A DNA stretch of 64,000 nucleotides, from the IMG/VR virus record IMGVR_UViG_3300029381_000501; one strand, written 5' to 3'. Below the pieces are notes generated by a model. The model was given only the letters and a program-made list of their open reading frames with translations, was not told the origin of the DNA and searched no databases. Source of the stretch: a virus. Both the position numbers and the translations under genes were made by a program. This document shows, in pieces, positions 26,445 through 35,724 of this stretch; the stretch's first letter is position 1, and every line of letters begins with the position of its first letter.

Positions 26445-26486
26445 CAAAGATAAGGGGTTTTCAGATAGCTTTTTCCGTGTTTCCGT
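26445..26486 (-). promoter_or_regulatory. Late-type promoter of the lysis operon: tandem ACGGAAA-C-ACGGAAA element (26475-26486, minus-sense) with 22-nt spacer to TATCTTTG (-7, 26445-26452, minus-sense)
   Basis: Same element at the same spacing upstream of the portal and scaffold operons. Confidence 0.5.
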
Positions 26487-26954
26487 CTAACTGTTCATGT
26501 ACCACCAAATTTTATCGGTGGGGTGATTGGTTGACTCGTCGCAGAGGAAACTCACTGATAGTTCGGAGATTCTCTTCTTCAGGGTCTCCTTGCTTCTCGA
26601 CCATTTGCCAATCACATCAATGTTTTCTGCAAACATCTTATTCATGGTCACGGCAAAATCCCACATCGTGTAGTCGGGAATCATCCAAGCCTGCTTGTCG
26701 TACTCCTCCTTCATTTCCTTGTAATCGAAGAATGGGGCGTACTCCTTGGTCACATCATCTTTGAAATAGTAGATGTTGGCGATGCAGGCTCTTCCCAGCT
26801 TCTCATCAAAGTGATGTCTTCTTTCCATCCAGTACAGAAGGTTTCTCTGTACGATTCTCTCTTCTTCTTCCGAAAATCCGCATTCTCCATTCTGAAACAT
26901 CTGGAATGCGGCATTTGCTACGTGTGATAGCGATCTTGATAAATCCATAGGCAT
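26487..26954 (-). CDS. Hypothetical protein; 5' 150 nt overlaps the upstream ORF in another frame (true start probably internal Met ~26828)
   Basis: 155-aa ORF. Confidence 0.35.
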   Translation of the reverse strand: MPMDLSRSLSHVANAAFQMFQNGECGFSEEEERIVQRNLLYWMERRHHFDEKLGRACIANIYYFKDDVTKEYAPFFDYKEMKEEYDKQAWMIPDYTMWDFAVTMNKMFAENIDVIGKWSRSKETLKKRISELSVSFLCDESTNHPTDKIWWYMNS

Positions 26955-27369
26955 ATAATATTAATGTAAAAATGATAAATACATGGTGCATCTCCAACTG
27001 CTCAGGAGTGATGAGCCAGTGCTGATAATACAATCTGATAGCGTTGATACCGAAAAAATAAAGGAAAGGAATACGGAATATCCAGCAGTATCTGAAGAAG
27101 AAACTCACCGGTAGCATGCAGAGTGGCATATAAATGTATGCCAGGAAGTAAATCCAGATGATGCAGTTTCCGTTATCATTCGTATCAAGTATGGTAGGTC
27201 TAGGACAATGCCCATAGTCCCATACACCATACCAATGCCACAACATCAGTGGTATCGGTGCCCATTTTGCCAGGAGTTCATAGAATCTCCAAATCTTACG
27301 GCTCAGCAAACCTTGCAGAACCATCCTTTGCTCCTCTTCCGAGAGAGCGTTGTCAATACTCTTTTTCAT
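26806..27369 (-). CDS. Aromatic-rich polytopic membrane protein
   Basis: 187 aa with several W/F/Y-rich hydrophobic segments. Confidence 0.4.
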   Translation of the reverse strand: MKKSIDNALSEEEQRMVLQGLLSRKIWRFYELLAKWAPIPLMLWHWYGVWDYGHCPRPTILDTNDNGNCIIWIYFLAYIYMPLCMLPVSFFFRYCWIFRIPFLYFFGINAIRLYYQHWLITPEQLEMHHVFIIFTLILYAYGFIKIAITRSKCRIPDVSEWRMRIFGRRRENRTEKPSVLDGKKTSL

Positions 27370-27512
27370 CTTGTTTCATTTTTAAGTAAATTCAGTTGAT
27401 TCAGTTGCTGTTTCTTAGAAAACGGTAGCTAAATGTTTCAGTCGGTGCAAAGTTAAAAAGATTTCTGCACAAAACCATAAAAAGTGAGCAAAATATTAAA
27501 ATATATTATTTA

Positions 27513-27544
27513 TTTGGACGTATTCTAGATTATTTGTACCTTTG
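27513..27544 (+). promoter_or_regulatory. Bacteroidetes-type promoter TTTG (27513-27516), 20 nt, TACCTTTG (27537-27544)
   Basis: Exact consensus and spacing ahead of the plus-strand two-gene insert. Confidence 0.5.
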
Positions 27545-27569
27545 CAGTACGATTTAACGAGTAAAGCGT

Positions 27570-27995
27570 ATGACGAAAACCAATTATAGCTTGACGGAAA
27601 AGCAACGGGAAGACCTGATGAAGACTTATCGTGAGGTAGCACCAACCTGCCACACCGCAAAGGAGGCGTGGGCGAAGATAGTATCTCATCCCGCACCGAG
27701 ATATTACGTGAATCCCAAACAGGCATTCGAGAAGCTCAGAAAGATGGTGGTAGGCGATTTCTCCGAGGTGGATGCCATGACGGAACCGAGAAGGAGAATG
27801 TACTATTCTCTGTTCGATAGATTGAACGCAGTATCTCAGAAGAAGGAGTTTATCGGGCAGTCGCTCCATTTCATCTGCCAGTTTCTGGTAGGAGAGCCAG
27901 CCCCCGAATTCTTCCTGTCTCCTCGTTCTGCAGAGGATATTTTCTATAATTGCAAGCGATATGGGAAAGGTTACAGGGATGGTAAGCATGAATAG
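27570..27995 (+). CDS. Hypothetical protein co-transcribed with the rhomboid protease
   Basis: 141-aa ORF overlapping the rhomboid start. Confidence 0.4.
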   Translation: MTKTNYSLTEKQREDLMKTYREVAPTCHTAKEAWAKIVSHPAPRYYVNPKQAFEKLRKMVVGDFSEVDAMTEPRRRMYYSLFDRLNAVSQKKEFIGQSLHFICQFLVGEPAPEFFLSPRSAEDIFYNCKRYGKGYRDGKHE

Positions 27996-28446
27996 TTTCA
28001 GATTGAAGGCGTTTCTTTCGCTCATCTGCATCGTTCTTTGCACTTGGCATATAGGTTTCTATCACGGATGCCCATGGGAGAATCATCTACTATACAGTTT
28101 CTTCCACGTCAATGGATTTCATCTTGTCATCAATCTGCTGGTACTCTGGCAGATCAAGGGCAGAATTTCGCCTGTCAAGGCTTTTGTGGTAGCCGTAGCA
28201 GCCAGTTATCTGCCGATGTTCGTTACCGAACCAACGATGGGTTTGTCTGGGTTCCTCTTCGCCGTCTTCGGTGTGATGTGGGGCAGGACAGGACGATGGA
28301 AAGATGCAATCATAAAGGCTGGACCCTTCATCCTCTTCACGATGCTGTTGGACAACGTTAACGGATGCCTCCACCTTTATTGCTTCATCATAGGTTATTT
28401 GATGGAATGTTTCATAATCTACATAGAACGGAAACGTTCAGCATAA
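27961..28446 (+). CDS. Rhomboid-family intramembrane serine protease
   Basis: Polytopic; 'GLSGFLFAVFGVMWG' (GxSG catalytic Ser) and a later TM helix with 'CLHLYCFIIGY' (catalytic His), the rhomboid Ser/His dyad arrangement. Confidence 0.55.
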   Translation: MGKVTGMVSMNSFRLKAFLSLICIVLCTWHIGFYHGCPWENHLLYSFFHVNGFHLVINLLVLWQIKGRISPVKAFVVAVAASYLPMFVTEPTMGLSGFLFAVFGVMWGRTGRWKDAIIKAGPFILFTMLLDNVNGCLHLYCFIIGYLMECFIIYIERKRSA

Positions 28447-28467
28447 GTTTGTTAGTGTTTTAATGTC

Positions 28468-28510
28468 GAAGGCGACTGCTCATCACGAGTAGCCGCCTTC
28501 TTGATGTTAT
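28468..28510. terminator. Bidirectional hairpin GAAGGCGACT...AGCCGCCTTC + T-rich tract between convergent genes
   Basis: Long GC-rich stem. Confidence 0.4.
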
Positions 28511-28527
28511 CAAACTTATGGAAGGAA

Positions 28528-31269
28528 TTATCTTATCTTGTCTTCCCTTCTGCTCTGGGTCTCTATGATGGACCCGGCAAAGGAATCGCTTGCCTTGAAG
28601 TTCTTGAAAGAATACTCCAGCTTGAAGTATTTCCACGGCTTACCGAAGAGGCTCTTCAGCGCAACCCAGTCCTTGCCGTTGTTGGAGCCATAGACTGTTA
28701 CACTTACCGTGCCGGCATCTGAATCGAAAAGATGCTTCAAGCCTCTCAATGATTTCAGAATTGTAGAGCCGCCCAGTTTCAAAGGTCGGGTAGTCATTAC
28801 GCAGTCATAGTCGTTGGCATCATCCTCTGCCAATGGAATGTTGGTAAGGGAGTAAACGGTACTATCATCAAACTGAATAAGGTTGTCTGGATAGTTGTTG
28901 GCTACCGTTCTACAGAAAATCTTGCTACTGGTATAGTTGTGGGAGATAGAGAAAATCTTATCCACCATATTATATACATAGTGATAGCTGGTCTTCTTGT
29001 TGAATATTCTCAGCAGCGAAGCCTTGTAGTCATAGGCTATCAGGCAGTTCTCCAAGAAAGTCTTGAAAGGCAGGAAGTCGCTTGGCAGTCCTCTGTTCTT
29101 TCCACCGCTCAACTGCCCCGATACGCAAATCGCCTCGCCGCCCGAGGTTGCCATCAATCCCTTTTCTGACGTGAAGTAAACCACCTTGTCGGTAGGGGTG
29201 ATGGAATCAGCATTGTTGCAAACCTCTCTGGATATAGGGTGTATGCTGGAGTAAAGTCCCTCTGCATTCACGCTCATGGCATAGATGCCTTCATCGGTAA
29301 AGACGAGCAGAGGATATTGACCGAACTGTCCCTGACTTACCGCCTCTGTATTAGCCACGATACCAAGAATCTTACCAGTACCCACGGTGTTATCGCCCGA
29401 TGCCTCAAATACAAACGGATTGTTCACTACGGAAGTGAAAATCTGGGAATCAAGATATTCTGGCTTATTGAGATTCTTGACAAGTTCGATTATTTCATCT
29501 TCGGTCTTGTTTTCAAACTCTGCATCCCCTTCAGCAGACGGAAGATTGGTGAACGAATAGGCGCCATTCAGCATTGGATGCACAACCAATGGGATTCTCA
29601 GGCATTTGCCACCAGAATAAAGAATGATTTCGGTAGCGTTTGGGTCTGGATAATAAATCCATCCACGCAGGAACGACTTATTCACAGAAGCGATATTCAT
29701 CGCCCAAGTATCAGAAGTATTTGTTACGATATGGGTGTACATATAGTAATGCTCATCATCCGTCAAGTCTCTTCCTGTAAAATTCGAGAAACCTTCAAAT
29801 GGATAGCGCAACAATCCGATAGCTTGAAGTCTGCCGTTATAGGTGTATAGTCTTTCTGCAGTAGCCTTTGCCCATCCGTAATAATCATCAACATTCAGTT
29901 GGGTTTGTGTCGTAAGATTCTCAACAACTCCTTTCCCAATGAACATTCTATCTCCGTCCTTTATTCCGTTAACCGAGTAATGCCAGTTTCCATCCATAAC
30001 CTTATCCGATGCCTTTACTGAAAACAGTTTGTAGAACTGTGATTTTGTCAGCAGTTCATCTATGATTTCCTGGTCCGTTTTATATTCCGGCTGAATTTCA
30101 CTATGTACAGTGATGGTCTGGGAAGCCATCGCTTGCTTGTCGTAGTTAAACGGAAGCTCTCTATACTTGTCGTAGCCGAAATTAGCGGAAGGTTTCATAT
30201 AGGTGTCGTTTGGAGAAACTAATTTCCAACCGCTATCTAAACGGAATGGCAGGACCTGATCAGAGGCAAAGACTACAATTTCTTTGATGATGTCCCTCCA
30301 ATCATTGCTTATCGGTTCAAACTTGAATTTCAGTTCGCTATACTCGATAAAGTAAAAGATACTTTCTTTTCCTGCCATTTGCCTAAGATCCATATAGGTG
30401 TTATGGGTACGGTCGAAAGTCGCAGAGCTGAAATGGCAATTTCTGTTAATGGTAGGATAGCAGATATATGGGGTGGTAATCTTGGTATAAGAGCCATCGA
30501 AGAGTCTGAATGCGCACCTGATAAAGAAAGGGAACGCAAACATATTCTTGCTTTTTACCCAGCTGATAGCTTGGGCAACATGCCCTTGAACTGTTTCCTG
30601 AAAGCCTTTTTCGTGAGAGCCGTCTGTAGATACTTTGATGGAGAAATGGTGATACGTACCTTGTTGGAATATTCCGCTAGGTTCATCGCCAGCGGCATGC
30701 AGGAATTTACCATTCGCATCATAATAACATTTCCAGGCATCAGGTCCATCTACATCATTTGAAATATTCATCAGAGTTCTTTCGCTCTCTTCTGGTATGT
30801 AGTTGTTGGTTGGCTTCTCGAAGGTGAAGTTGCATTTCAGGTTAGGGATATTCATTCCCAAATCCTTGTAGGTATCTGATTTATAAAGGATGTATCTCAG
30901 TCCATTATCTGTAGCCAGTACCAGCGTATTCCCCACCGCTTGTGCATCCTTCACTTCTCCGTCACCCTCAAATGTACCTATCGCCGTTTTGAGGTCACTC
31001 TTCTTGTAGCATCTGATGGTATATTTGTTTGTTCCGGGGTCTCTGTCATAGGTAATGATATTCTCGAAGTCTGCCATTTTATGGACAAACAAAATCGTGC
31101 CGCTCACAGTGCCGAAAGGCTCCATCTTCTGAATCGGGACCATTTCACCATTCCTATATATGATGTTTTGAGAATAGGCAAGCTCGCTATCCTCACTCAG
31201 TAAGTCACTCGGTACGTTCGTCATACCCTTGCTGAAACTCAAAGTCTTTCTATCCAAGTTTCTCTCCAT
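28528..31269 (-). CDS. Large virion structural protein (portal or tail component candidate)
   Basis: 913 aa; immediately downstream of TerL in the same operon; no motif recognisable by eye. Confidence 0.3.
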   Translation of the reverse strand: MERNLDRKTLSFSKGMTNVPSDLLSEDSELAYSQNIIYRNGEMVPIQKMEPFGTVSGTILFVHKMADFENIITYDRDPGTNKYTIRCYKKSDLKTAIGTFEGDGEVKDAQAVGNTLVLATDNGLRYILYKSDTYKDLGMNIPNLKCNFTFEKPTNNYIPEESERTLMNISNDVDGPDAWKCYYDANGKFLHAAGDEPSGIFQQGTYHHFSIKVSTDGSHEKGFQETVQGHVAQAISWVKSKNMFAFPFFIRCAFRLFDGSYTKITTPYICYPTINRNCHFSSATFDRTHNTYMDLRQMAGKESIFYFIEYSELKFKFEPISNDWRDIIKEIVVFASDQVLPFRLDSGWKLVSPNDTYMKPSANFGYDKYRELPFNYDKQAMASQTITVHSEIQPEYKTDQEIIDELLTKSQFYKLFSVKASDKVMDGNWHYSVNGIKDGDRMFIGKGVVENLTTQTQLNVDDYYGWAKATAERLYTYNGRLQAIGLLRYPFEGFSNFTGRDLTDDEHYYMYTHIVTNTSDTWAMNIASVNKSFLRGWIYYPDPNATEIILYSGGKCLRIPLVVHPMLNGAYSFTNLPSAEGDAEFENKTEDEIIELVKNLNKPEYLDSQIFTSVVNNPFVFEASGDNTVGTGKILGIVANTEAVSQGQFGQYPLLVFTDEGIYAMSVNAEGLYSSIHPISREVCNNADSITPTDKVVYFTSEKGLMATSGGEAICVSGQLSGGKNRGLPSDFLPFKTFLENCLIAYDYKASLLRIFNKKTSYHYVYNMVDKIFSISHNYTSSKIFCRTVANNYPDNLIQFDDSTVYSLTNIPLAEDDANDYDCVMTTRPLKLGGSTILKSLRGLKHLFDSDAGTVSVTVYGSNNGKDWVALKSLFGKPWKYFKLEYSFKNFKASDSFAGSIIETQSRREDKIR

Positions 31270-31281
31270 AACTCAATATCT

Positions 31282-33414
31282 TTAAATTTTCGCAGCAGAA
31301 TGAACACCATCACCACCGCTGCTTGATCTTTCCTTTTGTTTCCACTTCGGCTTTTCCATATCGTTGGCACTTACCCACAAGCCGATGGCGGTACTCATCA
31401 GTACATCATCATGGTTTCCGCTGCCCACGATATTGCCAAGACTTCCATCATCGTGCCGCTCGTAGATTCTCAGCTCATGATACATTTCCTTATCAGGCTC
31501 ATCCCAGAGCATATCATCCACGAACTGCTCCAGATTGTCAATCACCCAACCCTTCGTCAGCTTATTGGTCTGGAATCCATACTTGGCAAGCACATCATCG
31601 CTCACGTCCTCAGGACTTGTGGTGCGCTGATACAGATTGTCGTAATAGTCGGCTATCTCGTTCAAGATACTTCCGAAGTGGTCGCCTTCCGTATTGTTGT
31701 TCTTCTCTCTATCTGCCGTGTTGCTCTCGATTACCAGCAAGGCATCATCATAGTAATGAGCCAATGCTGCCGCCATCCACGCCAGCTTGTCGTGCCTTAC
31801 GTGTCCTCGCCATCTTGCCACCACCTTCGGTTTACCCTTGATGGTAGGCAACATCCCGAATCTGTCTATCACCGTCATCACGGTATAGTCGGAAGTCGAG
31901 GATTTACCGCCAATATCCACGCTCACCAAGTATCTATTCTCTACTTTCAGACAGTTAGGTACTGCCCAGATTTTCAAGTCTCCATCACCATCTGTTCGGA
32001 TGCTGATCTTCGACTTTTCGATGGAAGATTCATTCTTGTTACCGTCAATGATGATGTCGGCGGTATAGATTGGCTCACGCTTATACTTCTTCTGCAAATC
32101 ATCAATAGAGTAGGGGTTGAAGACCAGATTACCAGAGTTTCGGAAGGCATCTTCCTCATCCACTGGTGCCTCGGTAGCACAGAAGGAATGGGTGGTAAAC
32201 TTATTGCGGAAGTTTCTGTACCACTCGATAGCTTGGAAGCAGGCTCCCTTCTCCCACATTCTCCAGAAGAACTTGCCAGTTTCTCGGTAGCCCTTCGGAT
32301 TGGTACTCTTATCCTTGTTTTCCAAAAGCCATTTGGCAAAGGCTCGTTCACTCTTCACTTCCTCCATATCGTGCTCGATGAAGAAGCAAGGGATGAATAG
32401 GAAGGAATAGGCATCGTTGTTCTTTGGGTCCATAGCCAACTGGCATTTCTCGTAGAAGAAGCCAGAGTTACCCTTGCCGGTACTCTCGAATACCTCCAAG
32501 TTATCCTCCTGATTTCTGATACCACCCGAGATAGAGGAAATCACACCCTCAGGATCATGCTCTGGGGTCTTCTTCCAATAGGCAACCTCAGAATAGTGGG
32601 CACAGTGGAAGTTGCTACCACGCACGGAATCGAAGTTCTCGAAGGATGCCACGGTCAGCGTACTTCTTCTGATTGCTCTTATTCCGTCTGTCACCTGAAA
32701 ATCATCAGGCGAGTTCTCGTAAGGAGAAAATTGAAGCTTGGCTCCTGGGCATCCGATTGTCCATCCCGGCTGGTTCTCCAAAGCCTTTCTGTACATCGCC
32801 TTGATTTTCTTCGCCGTATTCTTCTGCTGGGCTAGTACGATGGCGTTCCATCCGTCCTTGCGGAAATCCTGTAGCCACTTGATGTAAAGCTGTGTGAGTG
32901 TAGAACCGCCCCACTGTCTGGCTTTCAGAATCACTACTCGGATAGCCCTTTTGCTGGTTCTTAAATCCTCAAAAATCTTCAAGAGCTTGCGCTGGGGATA
33001 GTTCAGCTTGAAAGGTATCATGTCACCAGTTACCTTATCCTCAATCTTGTCGGTAGCAAACAGGGCAAACTCGGGGTCTTCCCTGAATCTCACCTTCATA
33101 ATCTCGAAGGTCAGCACCATCTTCAACTGCTTGGTGTAGTAACTCTTCTCGTTATACTCCTTGCCCCATACTTGGATGATGTACTTCTTCATGCTGCCCA
33201 ACCGTTTCAGACCTATATATAATAAGGTACGCATACATTCTTTGGGAACCCACATCTTCGGAATCATGAAGTCGGGCAGTTCGAGCAGCTCCCTGTGCTC
33301 GAAATCATAGCAGCCTTCACCCGTCCAAGGGTTGTAGGTTCCGTAAATCTCATCGTATCGCCGCTTGTTTTCGGCTACGAGTTCGTCAATATCTACTTCT
33401 CTAACTAATGCCAT
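31282..33414 (-). CDS. terL: Terminase large subunit
   Basis: Walker A-like 'KARQWGGSTL'; Walker B-like 'FHCAHYSEV'; C-terminal RNase H-fold nuclease acids 'VSVDIGGKSS', 'LLVIESN', 'GNHDDVLMS'. Confidence 0.7.
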   Translation of the reverse strand: MALVREVDIDELVAENKRRYDEIYGTYNPWTGEGCYDFEHRELLELPDFMIPKMWVPKECMRTLLYIGLKRLGSMKKYIIQVWGKEYNEKSYYTKQLKMVLTFEIMKVRFREDPEFALFATDKIEDKVTGDMIPFKLNYPQRKLLKIFEDLRTSKRAIRVVILKARQWGGSTLTQLYIKWLQDFRKDGWNAIVLAQQKNTAKKIKAMYRKALENQPGWTIGCPGAKLQFSPYENSPDDFQVTDGIRAIRRSTLTVASFENFDSVRGSNFHCAHYSEVAYWKKTPEHDPEGVISSISGGIRNQEDNLEVFESTGKGNSGFFYEKCQLAMDPKNNDAYSFLFIPCFFIEHDMEEVKSERAFAKWLLENKDKSTNPKGYRETGKFFWRMWEKGACFQAIEWYRNFRNKFTTHSFCATEAPVDEEDAFRNSGNLVFNPYSIDDLQKKYKREPIYTADIIIDGNKNESSIEKSKISIRTDGDGDLKIWAVPNCLKVENRYLVSVDIGGKSSTSDYTVMTVIDRFGMLPTIKGKPKVVARWRGHVRHDKLAWMAAALAHYYDDALLVIESNTADREKNNNTEGDHFGSILNEIADYYDNLYQRTTSPEDVSDDVLAKYGFQTNKLTKGWVIDNLEQFVDDMLWDEPDKEMYHELRIYERHDDGSLGNIVGSGNHDDVLMSTAIGLWVSANDMEKPKWKQKERSSSGGDGVHSAAKI

Positions 33415-33820
33415 CGCCCAATTCCTTTATTTCCTCAAAATCTGCATCCTGTATCTGTGGCACCTGAGTCACGTCCAATCCATTGTTGTCTGTCTTGGTT
33501 CTTCCCAGTGCCGCCAACTGCTTGAAGTCTTCATCCAATCCATGGGTCACGCTCACCTCGCTCTGCTTTGGTATCATGTGCTTGGTCAGGTTAGCATAGA
33601 TGGTAACGTATGTTTTCGGGTCGTATTCTGCCAACTGGTTCATACAATCCTCAAACTTATCCTGATGTCGGGCTAGGAAGTCACGGATAAATTCTTTCTG
33701 TGCGCTCTTGCTCACTGGCAGGATCTTCTTTGCCTTCTCACGTTTCTCCTGCATGATTTCTCTTACCGACTTAATATCATCAAACTCTCCCATAAGCTTC
33801 TCCTTCTCTTTTTTATCCAA
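33401..33820 (-). CDS. Terminase small subunit candidate
   Basis: 139-aa charged protein overlapping the TerL start. Confidence 0.3.
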   Translation of the reverse strand: MDKKEKEKLMGEFDDIKSVREIMQEKREKAKKILPVSKSAQKEFIRDFLARHQDKFEDCMNQLAEYDPKTYVTIYANLTKHMIPKQSEVSVTHGLDEDFKQLAALGRTKTDNNGLDVTQVPQIQDADFEEIKELGDGIS

Positions 33821-34421
33821 ATGGCTTTAGTGTATGAACCAGCATTCCTGCTTTGCTGGCACTCGCTGCATCCAGTATCTCCAGTTCTTCATCGTTCATT
33901 TCCTCCTGCTTCGAGACGGTAAGCGGATCCTTGCTGGTAAGCGTAAGCAGGAAATATTCATAGAGGGCACCAGCCACGATGTAGCTGTGGATATGTTTCA
34001 CAAGCTCGTCATACCGTGTGTCGTCCCAGTAGTCGGGCATGTTCAGCCAGATTTCCTTCTCATCCCATTCCTTCAGGGCATTGTCTCTTACCACTCCCTG
34101 TGGTTTCATCACGTAGGCAGAGAGGACTCCTTCTGCCTTTTTCAGATACTTGTCGAACCAGCGGTAGAAGAGCGGTCTTTCCCTGTCGTTCTCGCTGGTA
34201 GGGATGATGTCTTCCTGATTGGTCTGGTTGCCTCGTCTTGCCCTGCCTACCATGTTTGTAGCTGCATCAATGTCATACCAGAGTTGGTTGGCATAGATGA
34301 AAATGTGCTTGCTGTAGTACTTGTGTGCCGGGCGAGGAGGCTTCGGAAGGAAAGGATTCGGCTCGGGCTTCCATCCTCTCTCACGGATAAAATGTGTTGG
34401 GTGTAATGCGTTGAACTCCAT
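33813..34421 (-). CDS. Hypothetical protein
   Basis: 202-aa ORF in the packaging operon. Confidence 0.35.
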   Translation of the reverse strand: MEFNALHPTHFIRERGWKPEPNPFLPKPPRPAHKYYSKHIFIYANQLWYDIDAATNMVGRARRGNQTNQEDIIPTSENDRERPLFYRWFDKYLKKAEGVLSAYVMKPQGVVRDNALKEWDEKEIWLNMPDYWDDTRYDELVKHIHSYIVAGALYEYFLLTLTSKDPLTVSKQEEMNDEELEILDAASASKAGMLVHTLKPFG

Positions 34422-34422
34422 T

Positions 34423-35214
34423 CTATACCTCCTTTGCTACGGTTACTTCCACCTCTCTCTTCAGGTTGTCGCTGTGTCGGGAGAAGAGGGTAACGGTTGC
34501 CACACCGGTATTCCTTGGCTTCAGGGCGAAGGTATAAGGGTCTGGGCTGCGCTGAATCTCAACGATGCTAGGGTCGCTGCTTCTCGCCTCAATATCATCA
34601 ATGGCGCCATCATCAATGGAGTAGGAGATATTCACGTCCTCTTCCTCCAGGGCAATCGTGATAGCTCCATCACCACAGCTTCCATCCACCTTGGCAGTAA
34701 GATGCTGGGTATAAGGAACGGTTGGAACTACTGGACCGCTCAGTACGAAACATCTGCGGATGCTCTGTTCATCTATACTGAGTGAAGCCTGATAAGGCTC
34801 TGCTTGTTTCAAGTTGGTAGTCTTCAACCACCACTGGAAAATCACGTAGTCTTCCACATACTTTGATACCAGCCGGGCAAGTGTATCGGTCAAGGTTCCG
34901 TTGCATCTTCTGGAGGCATTGATGATAAACTCTACCACATCATCCGTCTTGGAGTCGTAGTAGATAATGTTGTCACCGATGGTCTGCGCATTCGGTACCA
35001 GATACTCGGCAAGAAGTGTCTTCACAATCTCCAGTGCCGTATCAAAATCATGGGTGAGCGTTGCTTCGTGAACCTCATCATCACCAGCAGCCTCATTGAA
35101 TCCCAACTTGATAGCCTTCTCGTCAACCGCACTATCCACCTTTGCCTTCAGGTAGGTGGCTCTCTTTACGGCTCCAATCACTACCGACTTTACGATTTGA
35201 AATTTTATAATCAT
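34423..35214 (-). CDS. Hypothetical virion protein with C-terminal Ig-like (Big_2-like) region
   Basis: 'PRNTGVATVTLFSRHSDNLKREVEVTVA' resembles a bacterial Ig-like domain. Confidence 0.3.
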   Translation of the reverse strand: MIIKFQIVKSVVIGAVKRATYLKAKVDSAVDEKAIKLGFNEAAGDDEVHEATLTHDFDTALEIVKTLLAEYLVPNAQTIGDNIIYYDSKTDDVVEFIINASRRCNGTLTDTLARLVSKYVEDYVIFQWWLKTTNLKQAEPYQASLSIDEQSIRRCFVLSGPVVPTVPYTQHLTAKVDGSCGDGAITIALEEEDVNISYSIDDGAIDDIEARSSDPSIVEIQRSPDPYTFALKPRNTGVATVTLFSRHSDNLKREVEVTVAKEV

Positions 35215-35226
35215 AGCTTTATCTTT

Positions 35227-35721
35227 TTAGTTCAAAATTACTTCTCCTGTCATATCTGTCAGGTTTCCGCTTACAGATGCCGGCGCATCCTTCTGGAAGA
35301 TCAGCTTCAATGCAGAGTTCACATGATTCGCCATATCGTCTGCATACTTCCTTGCTGATTCGGCATAGGTCATGGATAGCACAGAATAGGCTACGTAATC
35401 TACCGCATAGCTCTTGAAGAGACTACAGAATGCGTTTGCCTTGCCATCGCTCACTCTGTTCTGCTGATAGGTGAATACCACATCATCGGTGTTGTCCGTG
35501 TAGCCGGCTATCAGTGGAGAGAAGTTGCCCACGAATGTTTCCGCCGCATCCTTCACATACTGCTTCAAGATGTCTTCCTCGGTCGAGGATAGGGTAACGC
35601 CGGTAAAGAGGATATTCCCCTGCTTGTCGGAAAGTCTTTTTCCGATGATGGAGAAATGCTTCTTCACCTTGCTCTTGATGTCGGCATACCCTATTGTTAT
35701 TGTCTGTTCTGTTACTGCCAT
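35227..35721 (-). CDS. Hypothetical protein
   Basis: 164-aa ORF. Confidence 0.35.
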   Translation of the reverse strand: MAVTEQTITIGYADIKSKVKKHFSIIGKRLSDKQGNILFTGVTLSSTEEDILKQYVKDAAETFVGNFSPLIAGYTDNTDDVVFTYQQNRVSDGKANAFCSLFKSYAVDYVAYSVLSMTYAESARKYADDMANHVNSALKLIFQKDAPASVSGNLTDMTGEVILN

Positions 35722-35724
35722 AAC

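Noticed and set aside
31323-32400. Long plus-strand ORFs (172 and 354 aa) antisense to terL
   Set aside because: They lie fully inside the well-supported TerL gene on the other strand and have low-complexity, P/R/H-rich translations typical of antisense frames
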